A DNA stretch of 63,710 bases, filler included, from Octopus bimaculoides (Eukaryota), in assembly GCF_001194135.2 (NCBI RefSeq). It is 8 parts of 8 records of this genome, joined end to end, with 100 filler letters (N's around TTAATTAATTAA, not from the genome) between each part and the next. Parts side by side here need not be neighbours in the genome. Positions count along the whole stretch, not along the records: positions 58,903 to 63,710 come from NC_068991.1; 7 more parts are not named here. The stretch is one strand, 5' to 3'. The position numbers and the translations under genes are program-made. This document shows positions 61,802 to 63,710 of this stretch, piece after piece. Each line of letters starts with the position of its first letter. Within the stretch, counting starts at the first letter, position 1. Under the pieces are notes generated by a model. The model made no database searches. It saw only the letters and a list, made by a program, of their open reading frames with translations, and was not told where the DNA came from.

Positions 61802-61837
<36 letters not shown>

Positions 61838-62570
61838 NNNNNNNNNNNNNNNNNNNNNNNNNNNNNNNNNNNNNNNNNNNNNNNNNNNNNNNNNNNNNNN
61901 NNNNNNNNNNNNNNNNNNNNNNNNNNNNNNNNNNNNNNNNNNNNNNNNNNNNNNNNNNNNNNNNNNNNNNNNNNNNNNNNNNNNNNNNNNNNNNNNNNNN
62001 NNNNNNNNNNNNNNNNNNNNNNNNNNNNNNNNNNNNNNNNNNNNNNNNNNNNNNNNNNNNNNNNNNNNNNNNNNNNNNNNNNNNNNNNNNNNNNNNNNNN
62101 NNNNNNNNNNNNNNNNNNNNNNNNNNNNNNNNNNNNNNNNNNNNNNNNNNNNNNNNNNNNNNNNNNNNNNNNNNNNNNNNNNNNNNNNNNNNNNNNNNNN
62201 NNNNNNNNNNNNNNNNNNNNNNNNNNNNNNNNNNNNNNNNNNNNNNNNNNNNNNNNNNNNNNNNNNNNNNNNNNNNNNNNNNNNNNNNNNNNNNNNNNNN
62301 NNNNNNNNNNNNNNNNNNNNNNNNNNNNNNNNNNNNNNNNNNNNNNNNNNNNNNNNNNNNNNNNNNNNNNNNNNNNNNNNNNNNNNNNNNNNNNNNNNNN
62401 NNNNNNNNNNNNNNNNNNNNNNNNNNNNNNNNNNNNNNNNNNNNNNNNNNNNNNNNNNNNNNNNNNNNNNNNNNNNNNNNNNNNNNNNNNNNNNNNNNNN
62501 NNNNNNNNNNNNNNNNNNNNNNNNNNNNNNNNNNNNNNNNNNNNNNNNNNNNNNNNNNNNNNNNNNNNNN

Positions 62571-62639
<69 letters not shown>

Positions 62640-63156
62640 AACAAAAAAAACAAAGGTACACTCAAAAACAGAAAACAACTATTTTTGAATTATAGAAATT
62701 ATCTTCTCTTCGAGAGGACCTAAAAAAATATAGGAAGAAAAATGTGATCGAATGCAAAGGTGAGATAATTAGCGAATCAAATATTCTCCAGAACAGACAT
62801 GCTATTATGAAAACGACCGACTGGATTTTTTAGTTTTATTTCTTTAGTTACTGAGGCGAGCGGGTAGTCATGGACACGTGTTTTCACTTGAATAGTTGTC
62901 TCACACACGTGTTATGCATTGTAAAATTTATTGTCTCCTACAGTATATTATGCCACAACTACTACCACTACCGCCATCTTCACCTAACTAATTTGTTACT
63001 TTTAATACAAACCAAACCACAAAGAAAAAACACTTTACAGTCTTAACTCTTCATACTCCTCAACTAGTCTCAAAGCCATGTTTTTTTATACAACCTCGCC
63101 TTTAAAATACATACTCGCGCCGGACAAAATTCTTAGCAGCATTTCTTCCGGCTTTA

Positions 63157-63312
63157 CGAGGGGTGCTGAAAAGTTCCTGGCTTCAGGGGTGTCGCGAAAG
63201 GCCTGGATGGAGGTCCAACATTCAGAGTTCTTATACAGGACTTAGAAAAACTGAAGGTCCGGTACAATAAGTCTGTGACTCTGAGAGTGGGAGTATATTG
63301 AATATAATCATA
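63157..63312. mobile_element. Mariner-type MITE family M, copy 4 (interrupted)
   Basis: TA|CGAGGGGTGCTGAAAAGTTCCTGGCTT, colinear with the 31.7 kb copy until 63312. Confidence 0.8.
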
Positions 63313-63590
63313 AACAAGAGCACTCAGAGAGCGCAAACCTCCGCCAGGGCAGCACCAACGTCCTCTCAGCGATTAGCCAGGGATGATTTTTAAAATGAGA
63401 ATATCTGAAATAAACTCGACTGTTCTCACAAACGAGAATACTAATAATGAACCTGATCGCTCTCAAGAATTAAGTAAAAAAAAAACAAACAGGTAAAATA
63501 ATCCTTGTCCGGTACCGGATCGTTCCCAAAATTTAATCAGTTTGTGCCAGTCACGAGGCCAAACATCCCTGAAAGTTTCGGATCTAGTTC
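63313..63590. mobile_element. HINE/DINE-1-like non-autonomous Helentron-type element end
   Basis: Begins ACAAGAGCACTCAGAGAGCGCAAACCTCCGCCAGGGC and contains CCGGATCGTTCCCAAAATTTAATCAG..CATCCCTGAAAGTTTC. These motifs are recalled from such elements. Inserted at an AA/TT site. Confidence 0.5.
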
Positions 63591-63710
63591 AAAACGGGGG
63601 CGCCAGTATTTTCTTAACGAAACACTTTGAAACTTGGGACACTGGTAGAATGTGTCATATAAAACATTTTTTTCTCTTAGTCTTCTTAAGAAAAATTATT
63701 ATATTGCAAC

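Overview
Repeat-dense, AT-rich animal DNA with about 6.6 kb of N gaps. Its microsatellite load and tRNA-headed SINE families suggest a cephalopod (Octopus-like) assembly; the species call is an inference. Genes supported by the sequence: (1) the first coding exon of a Phox2 paired-like homeobox gene (5319-5568, +), with no homeobox exon visible downstream; (2) an intronless 736-aa ORF (34641-36851, +) whose last ~120 aa match the MED29/Intersex Mediator subunit, joined to a ~600-aa low-complexity N-terminus; this probable divergent retro-paralogue is the most interesting object in the window; (3) two or three exons of an unidentified minus-strand gene (41.2, 43.0, 46.8 kb) that may host the MED29-like gene in an intron; (4) an intronless 368-aa orphan ORF (60175-61281, -) with three 22-aa coiled-coil repeats conserved as protein but diverged at silent sites. 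Penelope-type minimal hammerhead ribozyme motifs occur at 16.2, 26.3, 26.7 and 28.4 kb; the 26.3 kb copy has a fully intact core. The rest is SINEs, LINE fragments (R4/Dong-like, RTE, CR1/L2-like, Penelope), Tc1/mariner and Tigger MITEs, a HINE-like element, microsatellites and assembly linkers. A CpG-depleted block spans ~43-53 kb. All homology calls are by eye against remembered sequences; no searches were run.
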